Below are positions 28,323 through 36,053 of a DNA stretch of 64,000 bases, piece after piece. The stretch is from a virus. The DNA lies in IMG/VR virus record IMGVR_UViG_3300027708_001637; one strand, given 5' to 3'. Within the stretch, counting starts at the first letter, position 1. Every line of letters begins with the position of its first letter. The notes under the pieces were generated by a model. The model searched no databases. It saw only the letters and a program-made list of their open reading frames with translations, and was not told the origin of the DNA. Both the position numbers and the translations under genes were made by a program.

Positions 28323-28544
28323 ATGGGCTACAAGGTTATCGCTGGTAAGGATGAGATGGACTTGATGCGTGTCAAGTACGGCCCGCGTAAGGGCTTGGAA
28401 GGTCCGTTCAACTTTGGTGGCTGGGTCCTGTACTATGATCCAGTTGAAGGCGCCTACTATGACCCCACTACGGACTTCTATGTGAGCCGTGAGGAGATGG
28501 ATGCTATCAACAACAGGCTCATGGCCACACTGGCCAAGGCTTGA
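28323..28544 (+). CDS. Early cassette hypothetical protein
   Basis: Own promoter and SD; LEGPF...LYYDPVEGAYYDPTTDFY. Confidence 0.85.
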   Translation: MGYKVIAGKDEMDLMRVKYGPRKGLEGPFNFGGWVLYYDPVEGAYYDPTTDFYVSREEMDAINNRLMATLAKA

Positions 28545-28587
28545 CAATAAGGCCAAATGGCCTTATAATACACACTAAGGAGCACTT

Positions 28588-28824
28588 ATGATCACAGCAG
28601 ACAAACTCAAACTGCTCACCAATATGCCAGCGGCTATGCTTACAATGGGCATCCAGCAGGCAGGCTACAAGGGCGACGTCTTCAAGACGGCCCGGTTCCT
28701 GGGCATCACCAATGCAGGCCAGTTCTGCTACACCACTACCTACGAGGAAGATGGTGAGGAACACACCGTCAAGGCGTTTGTTGACTATGATCCCATTGCT
28801 GATCAAGTCACTGTCGGCTACTGA
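28588..28824 (+). CDS. Early cassette hypothetical protein
   Basis: Own promoter and SD. Confidence 0.85.
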   Translation: MITADKLKLLTNMPAAMLTMGIQQAGYKGDVFKTARFLGITNAGQFCYTTTYEEDGEEHTVKAFVDYDPIADQVTVGY

Positions 28825-28882
28825 AAAAGTCTTGACAATAGCATCAAACGGTGCTATAATACTGACACACTAAGGAACAGAG

Positions 28883-29089
28883 ATGAATGAAGAATTGAAC
28901 ACACTAAAAGAACTGTTGGCCCGACACGATTGGACCTACAACTACAGCGATGACTATACGGCTTGGTCTCGTGGTCGTAATGAGAGTCGTGCTATCCAAG
29001 CAGAGAAGAATCGTCTGGCCCGTGAGTGCTTGGCCACGCAAGAAGAAATAGTTGCACTTGATGCCCTATATAGGCCAAAAAACATTTGA
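28883..29089 (+). CDS. Early cassette hypothetical protein
   Basis: Own promoter and SD; HDWTYNYSDD. Confidence 0.85.
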   Translation: MNEELNTLKELLARHDWTYNYSDDYTAWSRGRNESRAIQAEKNRLARECLATQEEIVALDALYRPKNI

Positions 29090-29141
29090 CAAGAGTGCAG
29101 TTTGGCGTTATAATTTAGACTTACACACACTAGGAGCTGAT

Positions 29142-29381
29142 ATGAACGTTCGAGAACTCATTGAGCAGTTGCAAGTCCTGGACCAGGATGCTGAAGTGCA
29201 CTTCAGCTACAACTATGGCGACCACTGGCACACACAGGTTGCTCCCACCGTAGACGAGGTGTTTGAAGGCCTAGTCAAGCGCAGTGAATATCACCGTATG
29301 GATAAACTGATGGATGAGAATGATATGTATGAAGAAGAAGGCGACTACGAAGGCACACGCCGCGTGGTTGTGCTGGGTTAA
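29142..29381 (+). CDS. Early cassette hypothetical protein
   Basis: Start MNVRELIEQL after AGGAG. Confidence 0.85.
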   Translation: MNVRELIEQLQVLDQDAEVHFSYNYGDHWHTQVAPTVDEVFEGLVKRSEYHRMDKLMDENDMYEEEGDYEGTRRVVVLG

Positions 29382-29458
29382 TAGCCCCTACAAGCCCCGC
29401 GAGGCTGGCAGTGAATGCTAGTGTAGCGGGGCAGATAGACCCCTGCTGTAGGGGCTAT
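29381..29458 (+). ncRNA. Candidate structured RNA or DNA element (branched hairpin)
   Basis: 12-bp perfect outer stem ATAGCCCCTACA/TGTAGGGGCTAT with nested GCCCCGC/GCGGGGC; no U-tail. Confidence 0.45.
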
Positions 29459-29534
29459 AAAAAGATTCAAAAAAGAGTTGACAAAGATTGTTTTTGGCCT
29501 TATAATATACACTTACACACACTAGGAGTTGAAA

Positions 29535-29987
29535 ATGGGAACACGAAGCACTATTGCACTTGAGTACGCAGACAGCACAGTTCATCAAGTCTACTGTCAC
29601 TGGGACGGCTACTTGGATCACAATGGTCGGATCCTGTTTGAGCATTACAAAGATCCCTTCAAACTGCGCGACTTGATGGACTTGGGTAGTGTCAGTTCGT
29701 TGGGTCGAGAGATTGGCGAGCAGCATCCCTTCAGCCCGCACACTAGCAAAGAAGATGAAGCGGCGTACAATGCGGCACAGGAAGCAGGCTGGTGTACAAT
29801 TTACGCTCGCGATCGCGGCGAGACAGGTGTGCAGGCTAAGAAGTTTAAAGACTTTGAGGACTATGTTGCCAATCACCAATATGAAGAATACGAGTACATC
29901 TTGCGCACAGACGGCAAGTGGTACGTGTCTACAGACAACGGTGTTTACACAGAATTGGAAACTTTACTTTTGAAGGAAACAGCATGA
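29535..29987 (+). CDS. Early cassette hypothetical protein
   Basis: MGTRSTIA...YCHWDGY; own promoter and SD. Confidence 0.85.
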   Translation: MGTRSTIALEYADSTVHQVYCHWDGYLDHNGRILFEHYKDPFKLRDLMDLGSVSSLGREIGEQHPFSPHTSKEDEAAYNAAQEAGWCTIYARDRGETGVQAKKFKDFEDYVANHQYEEYEYILRTDGKWYVSTDNGVYTELETLLLKETA

Positions 29988-30151
29988 AAGAACTAGCATA
30001 CGACATTGAACAACTGTACATCGAGGGCTATAGTCCCCGGACTATCTCGGTGATGTTGGAGTGCCCCATTGACATCGTTTACGGATGGATTGAAGGGCAG
30101 AGCCTAGAAGTAGGGGAGGAATTTGATCCGTTCGAAACAATCAATTCTTAA
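29984..30151 (+). CDS. Small HTH-like protein
   Basis: ATGA overlap; GYSPRTISVMLECPIDIVYGWI. Confidence 0.65.
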   Translation: MKELAYDIEQLYIEGYSPRTISVMLECPIDIVYGWIEGQSLEVGEEFDPFETINS

Positions 30152-30249
30152 GAAAACGGTTGACAGCCAACCCAAATGGTTGTATAATTAATACATAGGG
30201 CAGTAAGGTGCTGCGCTATATTTTACACAGACACATTGAAAGGTATTTT

Positions 30250-30636
30250 ATGACTAAAGTTTTTTCCCACGCTGGCGTTTCTCGTTTGGATGGTGTTTTG
30301 AAGGCTCGTTTTGCCAATGACGCTCTCCGTGTTAAGGTGCTTGCCAAAGGCGGCCACACTGACATCGATCTCGTTGAGTTCCTGGAACCCCTTACCAAAG
30401 AAGCCGCAGTGCTTAAACTGATTGAGATGGGCTTTGGCAAAGGCAACGCAGAAGTTGAGCAAGTCCTGGCTGCTGAGCTGGACAAGCGAGCTCCTGTTGT
30501 CAAAGCAGAGAAGGCTCCCAAAGCGCCTAAGGCTCCTAAAGCAAAGGCAATTACCATTGACACCATTAAGGCTAAGGCTCCCAAGGCCAAGGCTGCTCCT
30601 AAGGTCGACGCTGACCTCGAAGACGCTCCGTTCTAA
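30250..30636 (+). CDS. Early protein with Lys/Ala/Pro-rich histone-like tail
   Basis: KAEKAPKAPKAPKAKA...KAKAPKAKAAPK. Confidence 0.8.
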   Translation: MTKVFSHAGVSRLDGVLKARFANDALRVKVLAKGGHTDIDLVEFLEPLTKEAAVLKLIEMGFGKGNAEVEQVLAAELDKRAPVVKAEKAPKAPKAPKAKAITIDTIKAKAPKAKAAPKVDADLEDAPF

Positions 30637-30706
30637 AAGATCCCTGCGGTGTGCGTAGAGGCAAGGCCAATAAGTCCTCTTCGATAAACAATTTTTTGGA
30701 GTATAT

Positions 30707-30886
30707 ATGAAAACAGTCTTCCTTATTGCACTAATCATCTTCCTGGTGGTAATGGGACCGTTCCTGAGCATTTGGGCACTGAACACCTTGTTCCCCACAT
30801 TGGCAATCCCTTACACCTTTGACACTTGGTGTGCGGCAATCCTGATCAAAGGCTTCCTCACTGTCAGCGTGTCCAAGAAGGACTGA
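30707..30886 (+). CDS. Small membrane protein (59 aa, not in track)
   Basis: GGAG SD; MKTVFLIALIIFLVVMGPFLSIWALNTLF. Confidence 0.75.
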   Translation: MKTVFLIALIIFLVVMGPFLSIWALNTLFPTLAIPYTFDTWCAAILIKGFLTVSVSKKD

Positions 30887-30887
30887 T

Positions 30888-31106
30888 ATGAGTCGCTTGT
30901 CCTTTATCGGCCGGCCCTGGGTAGCATTTGATGAAACCAACAAACAACATCGTCAATGGTTCCGAGAGTTCCAAACATTGGGCACCTGGGGCCGTTGTCC
31001 AGTTCGTTTTATCGTAAGCGATGACCACGGCGACTTGTTGACTATGATCCAGCGTAGGTTGATTACTTATTACACCAGCAAGGAATTTGGTAAGATTAGT
31101 GCTTGA
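30888..31106 (+). CDS. Hypothetical protein
   Basis: Adjacent to the upstream stop; its own stop lies in the next -35. Confidence 0.75.
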   Translation: MSRLSFIGRPWVAFDETNKQHRQWFREFQTLGTWGRCPVRFIVSDDHGDLLTMIQRRLITYYTSKEFGKISA

Positions 31107-31174
31107 CCTTGGCAGTCTATTCCTGTAATATTGTTGTAACTGTTGAACACAGTACAATTACAAGGAATAGAAAA

Positions 31175-31447
31175 ATGATTAAGAAGATGAATAAAGAAAC
31201 TAAGACATACAAGTTGTTCCAAGCATTGCAAGCAGGTGACCGTATCACCCCCGCGCAAGCCCACAAGCGATTTGGTATCAAGAACATGAGTGCTGAAGTC
31301 AGCCGTGTTCGTCAGTCAGGTTTTGCAGTGTATCGTAAGAATCGTGTAGCTGGCAACCACGTGGAAGTCACCGAGTACGTAATGGGTACTCCAAGCCGTG
31401 AAATCGTGGCAGCTGGTTACAAGGCTATGGCCCTGGGCCTAGTCTAA
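31175..31447 (+). CDS. Winged-helix-like DNA-binding protein
   Basis: LFQALQAGDRITPAQAHKRFGIKNMSAEVSRVRQSGFAV. Confidence 0.6.
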   Translation: MIKKMNKETKTYKLFQALQAGDRITPAQAHKRFGIKNMSAEVSRVRQSGFAVYRKNRVAGNHVEVTEYVMGTPSREIVAAGYKAMALGLV

Positions 31448-31451
31448 AGAA

Positions 31452-31596
31452 TTCGGGGATAGTAGTGTGTCCCCGAAACGATGAGGAGGTAGTGTGCCTC
31501 ATCGAATGAAATCCAACAACGCTCCGTTGGATTGATGTTAGTGCCAGGGGTAGTGTCCTGGCAGGAAAGGGCAACGTCGGGAGATGTGGCCCTTTC
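31452..31596 (+). ncRNA. Five tandem hairpins, three with GTAGTG loops (candidate regulatory RNA)
   Basis: 8-bp stems at 31452, 31479, 31510, 31542 and 31565. Confidence 0.6.
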
Positions 31597-31666
31597 ATTT
31601 TGACTTGACAATCTGCTCAAATGGCCTTATAATACAAGCATAGACAGCAACACACTGGAGCACAAG

Positions 31667-32026
31667 ATGGCACGTAAGACAAAGGCAGAACTGGTAGCAG
31701 AGAACGAAGCGTTCATGGCCCAACGATTGGCAGAAGAAGTTGCTGCCTTCCCCGCCCTGTTGATGGCGCAGTTGGAACGGGCAACGAACAGTCCCAACTG
31801 GTTTGAACTCCGAGTGCGCGATAGCCAGTTCGTCTTAATCGAAGATCGTGAGACTTGGAAGTTACCTATGGTCCACTCTATGGAAGCTCAGATAGTCCTG
31901 GACAGCCTGATGTGGGACTTGGATCAGCTGGATGAGGATCGTCGTGTGGCGGCAGAGCGTGAAGAGATGCGTCAAACGGCCTTGTCCAAGTTGACAGACT
32001 TTGAACGTAAATTGTTGAATCTATAG
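31667..32026 (+). CDS. Early cassette hypothetical protein
   Basis: Own promoter and GGAG SD. Confidence 0.85.
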   Translation: MARKTKAELVAENEAFMAQRLAEEVAAFPALLMAQLERATNSPNWFELRVRDSQFVLIEDRETWKLPMVHSMEAQIVLDSLMWDLDQLDEDRRVAAEREEMRQTALSKLTDFERKLLNL

Positions 32027-32090
32027 GGTTGACAGGCCTATCAAAAGGCCTTATAATACACACATGAACAGCAACACACAGGAGCAGGAA

Positions 32091-32477
32091 ATGGCGTACA
32101 CAGATTGGAATTCGCAGGTAGACATCAAGAACATGGTGGGCAAGGTGTTCACTCGCGTCTCGGGCGGAGTGGGCAGCGGCGAGCTGGTGTTTGAAAACGA
32201 CACTGAGCGATTCGTGTTCTTCCACTACCAGGACTGCTGCGAGTGCGTGGATATCAACGACATTGTGGGCGACTTGCAGGATTTGGTAGGTGAGCCACTC
32301 CTGATCGCTGAAGAAGTGTCAGGTGCTACTGAGCCAGACGAAGAGCACTACGAGAGCTATACCTATACCTTCTACAAGTTCGCTACCCGTCGAGGCTATG
32401 TGGACGTTCGCTGGTTGGGTGAGAGCAACGGCTACTACAGCGAAGGCGTGAGCCTGGGACACGAACTGCGGGCTTGA
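32091..32477 (+). CDS. Early cassette conserved phage protein
   Basis: HYQDCCECV...WLGESNGYYSE; own promoter and SD. Confidence 0.85.
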   Translation: MAYTDWNSQVDIKNMVGKVFTRVSGGVGSGELVFENDTERFVFFHYQDCCECVDINDIVGDLQDLVGEPLLIAEEVSGATEPDEEHYESYTYTFYKFATRRGYVDVRWLGESNGYYSEGVSLGHELRA

Positions 32478-32531
32478 CAGACAGGCCCTACGGCCTTATA
32501 ATTGACGCTTACACACACTAAGGAGCTGACC

Positions 32532-32813
32532 ATGCGAGTTGAAGTATTAAAGCCCACCAATGATGACTGGTGCGGATCATATCAAATTGACGGCTACCAC
32601 AAGGGTGTTAAGAATCCCATGTTGGTTCAAGTCTTCTTCAACGGCTGGATTGGTGATGGCGTATGGCGTACCTCAGTCTGGGGCAATGATGATTTGGGTA
32701 TGGAATTTGACTGCTCTACAGAAGCCGAATGCTGGAACAAGTTCCTCCAAGTGATTGGCATGGAGTACGTGGATGTAGTGGCCCTGCGTGAACTTGGTTT
32801 TGTTTCAGCCTAA
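32532..32813 (+). CDS. Early cassette hypothetical protein
   Basis: Start MRVEVLK after AAGGAG. Confidence 0.85.
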   Translation: MRVEVLKPTNDDWCGSYQIDGYHKGVKNPMLVQVFFNGWIGDGVWRTSVWGNDDLGMEFDCSTEAECWNKFLQVIGMEYVDVVALRELGFVSA

Positions 32814-32871
32814 ACGGGTTGACAAGGAATGGGTTTGGGCTTATAATACACGCATACACTAGGAGCACACT

Positions 32872-33150
32872 ATGCAATGGAACTTAGAAGGCAAACGAAT
32901 CAATGGCATCTACCTAGGACTGTTTGTCTACAGTGGCTTGGTTCTGGAAAGCCGTGTCAAATACGGTGGACAGGTCCAGCACACTGTATTGGTAGACGAG
33001 CCCTTCAAAGTCTACGGCGAAGTGCGCGAGCATATCCTTGTGGAGTCAGGCACGGGCGAGATCAATCGCATCCTGGATGAGCGTGATGCGGAGTACGAGG
33101 CACAGAAGACCAACGACACTTGGTACGACGATCAATACGAAATTGAATAA
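32872..33150 (+). CDS. Early cassette hypothetical protein
   Basis: Own promoter and SD. Confidence 0.85.
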   Translation: MQWNLEGKRINGIYLGLFVYSGLVLESRVKYGGQVQHTVLVDEPFKVYGEVREHILVESGTGEINRILDERDAEYEAQKTNDTWYDDQYEIE

Positions 33151-33221
33151 TCCATTTGGTTGACAGGTCTTTCAAAAGGCCGTATAATACATACATCGCG
33201 CAACACACTAAGGAGCACACT

Positions 33222-33596
33222 ATGTTGGAATTGAAAAGCTGGGATGAGATGTCCACCCTGGAGCAGATGCAAGCCCAGTACTGGGATATGTACAAGGACG
33301 CATACGGCATCCGTCCACGTCATATGAACCTCGAGGCTATGACTGAGGCAGACTTTCTAGCAGAGTTCAAAATCCTGGGTGAGGCGATTGAGCGCGAAGC
33401 GGCCATTCGCAAAGAGAACGAGCACAAGGCCGAAGTGGACTTTGAAATGCGGGTGCAGAACCTGCTGGTAACGGGCGCACGGGATCGTGCTATGGCACTC
33501 CGTTGGATACACGAGGCAGAAGGTAGCAACGGTGACGACGAGTTCCTGTGCTACTTGGTGGGCCTGCCCTATGGATATTTCCGTAAACGGGCTTGA
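33222..33596 (+). CDS. Early cassette conserved phage protein
   Basis: YWDMYKDAYGIRPR; own promoter and SD. Confidence 0.85.
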   Translation: MLELKSWDEMSTLEQMQAQYWDMYKDAYGIRPRHMNLEAMTEADFLAEFKILGEAIEREAAIRKENEHKAEVDFEMRVQNLLVTGARDRAMALRWIHEAEGSNGDDEFLCYLVGLPYGYFRKRA

Positions 33597-33648
33597 CAAC
33601 TAGGCCAAATGGCCTTATAATACATACATCGCAACAAAGGAGCAAGAG

Positions 33649-33738
33649 ATGGACACTGCACTCGTAAACCTCATCATCATATTGGCACCCATTTGGATTA
33701 TGGGCATTGCCGTTATGTTACACGAAATCTTTAACTAA
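33649..33738 (+). CDS. 29-aa single-pass membrane peptide (not in track)
   Basis: Own promoter and SD; MDTALVNLIIILAPIWIMGIAVMLHEIFN. Confidence 0.7.
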   Translation: MDTALVNLIIILAPIWIMGIAVMLHEIFN

Positions 33739-33748
33739 GGAGCCAACC

Positions 33749-33991
33749 ATGAGCGTAGAATTTACCATTGTGGGACTGAACGAGAAACAACGAGTCCTGG
33801 CTGATATCATGTGGGGCTTGGATGGACTTGATCAGGTCAACGCATTCATTGCCACACTGCCTAAACGGGATCAAACGGAATGCCGCTCTATCATTGAACT
33901 GATGAAGATGGCCCTTGTGGAACAATGCTACGATGGCATCAGCGAGATGGATCAAGCGAAATCAGTGCTTGACAAGATTGCCAAACGATAG
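33749..33991 (+). CDS. Early hypothetical protein
   Basis: AAGGAG SD; MSVEFTIVGL. Confidence 0.8.
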   Translation: MSVEFTIVGLNEKQRVLADIMWGLDGLDQVNAFIATLPKRDQTECRSIIELMKMALVEQCYDGISEMDQAKSVLDKIAKR

Positions 33992-34021
33992 TACAATACA
34001 CACTCAACTAAGGAGCAAGAG

Positions 34022-34243
34022 ATGGACAGATATCACGTCGTATACGAAACCCGTCATGGTAGCCCATACGATCGCGGCTCAGCAGATAGCTATTACCGCA
34101 GGGAATATAATCCCCACTACTACCGGGGAGCCACAGGCACTACTGATCGGGTCACCCTTAAGGACATGACACCCGATGAGATCGTGGCCTATACCGCAGG
34201 CTATGAAGACAACGAAGACGAAGGTCTTCACAAAGAGTGGTAA
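34022..34243 (+). CDS. Early cassette conserved phage protein
   Basis: HGSPYDRGSADSYYRR. Confidence 0.85.
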   Translation: MDRYHVVYETRHGSPYDRGSADSYYRREYNPHYYRGATGTTDRVTLKDMTPDEIVAYTAGYEDNEDEGLHKEW

Positions 34244-34303
34244 AACCCTCTTGACAATGAGGCCGCAAGGCCTTATAATCAACACTCAACTAAGGAACAC
34301 GCA

Positions 34304-34450
34304 ATGATCAAATCCATCCCAAGCTCCACTGGCGGTGTCATTACTCCTCTCATCGAAAAGGGTGTCCAGGTTGGCATCCGACACACCGCTGGCAAGGCCT
34401 ACACTGGCAAGATTGCCCAGCAGGAAGCCCGACAAAAGAAGGTCAAATAA
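34304..34450 (+). CDS. Early cassette ORF (48 aa, not in track)
   Basis: Own promoter and SD; MIKSIPSSTGG...KKVK. Confidence 0.75.
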   Translation: MIKSIPSSTGGVITPLIEKGVQVGIRHTAGKAYTGKIAQQEARQKKVK

Positions 34451-34523
34451 ATTACCTAAAGGCTTGACGAACACTACGAACGGCCTTATAATACTAGCAT
34501 TGCAACACACTAAGGAGCACACT

Positions 34524-35348
34524 ATGCCAAGAGGTTACAGAAACGATGGTCAACCCCGCCAACGTCGAGATGGTTCTGGTCCACTAACTGCAAAGGTCAC
34601 TATGCCCGTAAGCCAAGTCGTTCCCTCACGCTTTTCCATTAACCAACGCTTTGGCTTTGTCACTGACATGGTCAATATGGTGGCACAGGGCACCCAAGCA
34701 AGTGTAGTTATTTGCGGCCCTGGCGGACTAGGCAAGAGTCATACTGTTATGACCGCACTGAAAAACAAGGGCTTCCAGGACATTACACTGGCAGATAATA
34801 ATACCCGCGCAAACAAGAGTTATACTGTGGTCAAAGGCTATAGTACTGCAAAAGGCCTGTTCCGTTTACTGTGGGAAAACAAAGACGGCGTACTGGTATT
34901 TGACGACTGCGATTCAGTATTAAAAGATCCAGTTAGTCTCTCGCTATTGAAAAGCGCATTGGACAGTTATAGCCGCCGTGTTATTACTTGGCGCGCAGAC
35001 TTTAAAGACGACGATATTCCCAACAGTTTCCTGTTTACTGGTCGTGTAGTATTCATTTCCAATATGAACACGCAACAGTTAGACCAAGCGGTGGTAACTC
35101 GTAGTTTGTGCGTGGACTTGAGTATGACCACACTGCAAAAGGTCGAGCGTATGCAACACTTATTGACCAACGCAGACTTTATGCCCGAGTATGAAATGAA
35201 TCATAAACGGGATGCCATGCAGTTAATTGCCCGTGTGCAAGACAGCGTTAAAGAGCTGAGCCTGCGTACACTGATCCAATGCGTTAAGATCCGCACTGCT
35301 AATACCCGTAACTGGGAAGAACTGGCAGAGTACGCGATCTGCGGCTAA
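34524..35348 (+). CDS. AAA+-type P-loop ATPase
   Basis: Walker A GPGGLGKS, Walker B LVFDDCD, sensor FISN; start MPRGY after the cassette leader. Confidence 0.88.
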   Translation: MPRGYRNDGQPRQRRDGSGPLTAKVTMPVSQVVPSRFSINQRFGFVTDMVNMVAQGTQASVVICGPGGLGKSHTVMTALKNKGFQDITLADNNTRANKSYTVVKGYSTAKGLFRLLWENKDGVLVFDDCDSVLKDPVSLSLLKSALDSYSRRVITWRADFKDDDIPNSFLFTGRVVFISNMNTQQLDQAVVTRSLCVDLSMTTLQKVERMQHLLTNADFMPEYEMNHKRDAMQLIARVQDSVKELSLRTLIQCVKIRTANTRNWEELAEYAICG

Positions 35349-35419
35349 GCCTACAAAGGGGGTTGACAGCCCCCGCCATTGACACTATAATTATGGCTTA
35401 CACACACTAAGGAGCTAGT

Positions 35420-35599
35420 ATGCAGAACCCCATCCCCCACAGTAATATGTTCGTTACTGAGTCCCTGAAGGCAGTGTTTGAACGCATTGAGCGCTTGAGC
35501 AACCGACAGGAACGAGCACTGGCCTATCAAATTGCAATGACCGTGCTAAACGCTTGCCATGAGGCAGTGCAAAAAGAGCTTGACGCTGAGACTGTTTGA
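35420..35599 (+). CDS. Early cassette ORF (59 aa, not in track)
   Basis: Own promoter and SD; MQNPIPHSNMF...LDAETV. Confidence 0.75.
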   Translation: MQNPIPHSNMFVTESLKAVFERIERLSNRQERALAYQIAMTVLNACHEAVQKELDAETV

Positions 35600-35636
35600 T
35601 CGTATAATATAGACTTACACACACTAGGAGCTGACT

Positions 35637-35984
35637 ATGGAACTTACCCAACAACAAGTAGAGCAGATCGTTAACGATGCAATGACCACTGCACACCAAG
35701 CGGCCCAGCGAGCACTGGCTGAACACGGCGACAGAGACTGCTGTGGCTTTGCTTGGGTTAACATTTGGGAACACAACGGCAAGAAGATCCGTGCCAACAG
35801 TAAGCTGGGCAAGGCACTTGCAGCCGCAGGTGTACGCAAGGACTGGCAAGGCGCATACTGCCTGTGGAACCCTAGCAAACTAGGCGTGCAGAGTATGGGC
35901 ATACTGGAAGCAGGTGCGTATGCGGCTGCTGAAGTGTTCAAACTGCACGGCTTTAAGGCCTACGCTGGCTCGCGTATGGACTAA
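35637..35984 (+). CDS. Early cassette conserved phage protein
   Basis: CCGFAWVNI; own promoter and SD. Confidence 0.85.
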   Translation: MELTQQQVEQIVNDAMTTAHQAAQRALAEHGDRDCCGFAWVNIWEHNGKKIRANSKLGKALAAAGVRKDWQGAYCLWNPSKLGVQSMGILEAGAYAAAEVFKLHGFKAYAGSRMD

Positions 35985-36053
35985 CTGATTGCTCCGGACG
36001 GGGCTGGGGGGTAGTGCCCCTAGTAACAGGCCCCGTCCACATATAAAAGGATT

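Larger units (their letters stand above)
23189..35636 (+). promoter_or_regulatory. Array of 31 sigma70-consensus early promoters with shared leader/SD (e.g. ACTTACACACACTAAGGAGC)
   Basis: -35 (TTGACN) starts at 23189, 23387, 23857, 24052, 24387, 24730, 24978, 25453, 25810, 26131, 27137, 27790, 28015, 28268, 28541, 28832, 29086, 29478, 30160, 31103, 31605, 32029, 32474, 32819, 33160, 33593, 33969, 34251, 34464, 35363, 35580. Each is 17 bp before a TATAAT-like -10. Confidence 0.93.

Noticed and set aside
23189-35636. Resemblance to a CRISPR array
   Set aside because: Repeats are degenerate promoters, intervals are 150-1000 bp ORFs, and no cas genes are present.
23189-35636. Classical integron cassette array
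   Set aside because: No tyrosine integrase in the window and no attC-type inverted cores; each unit has its own promoter, unlike typical integron cassettes.
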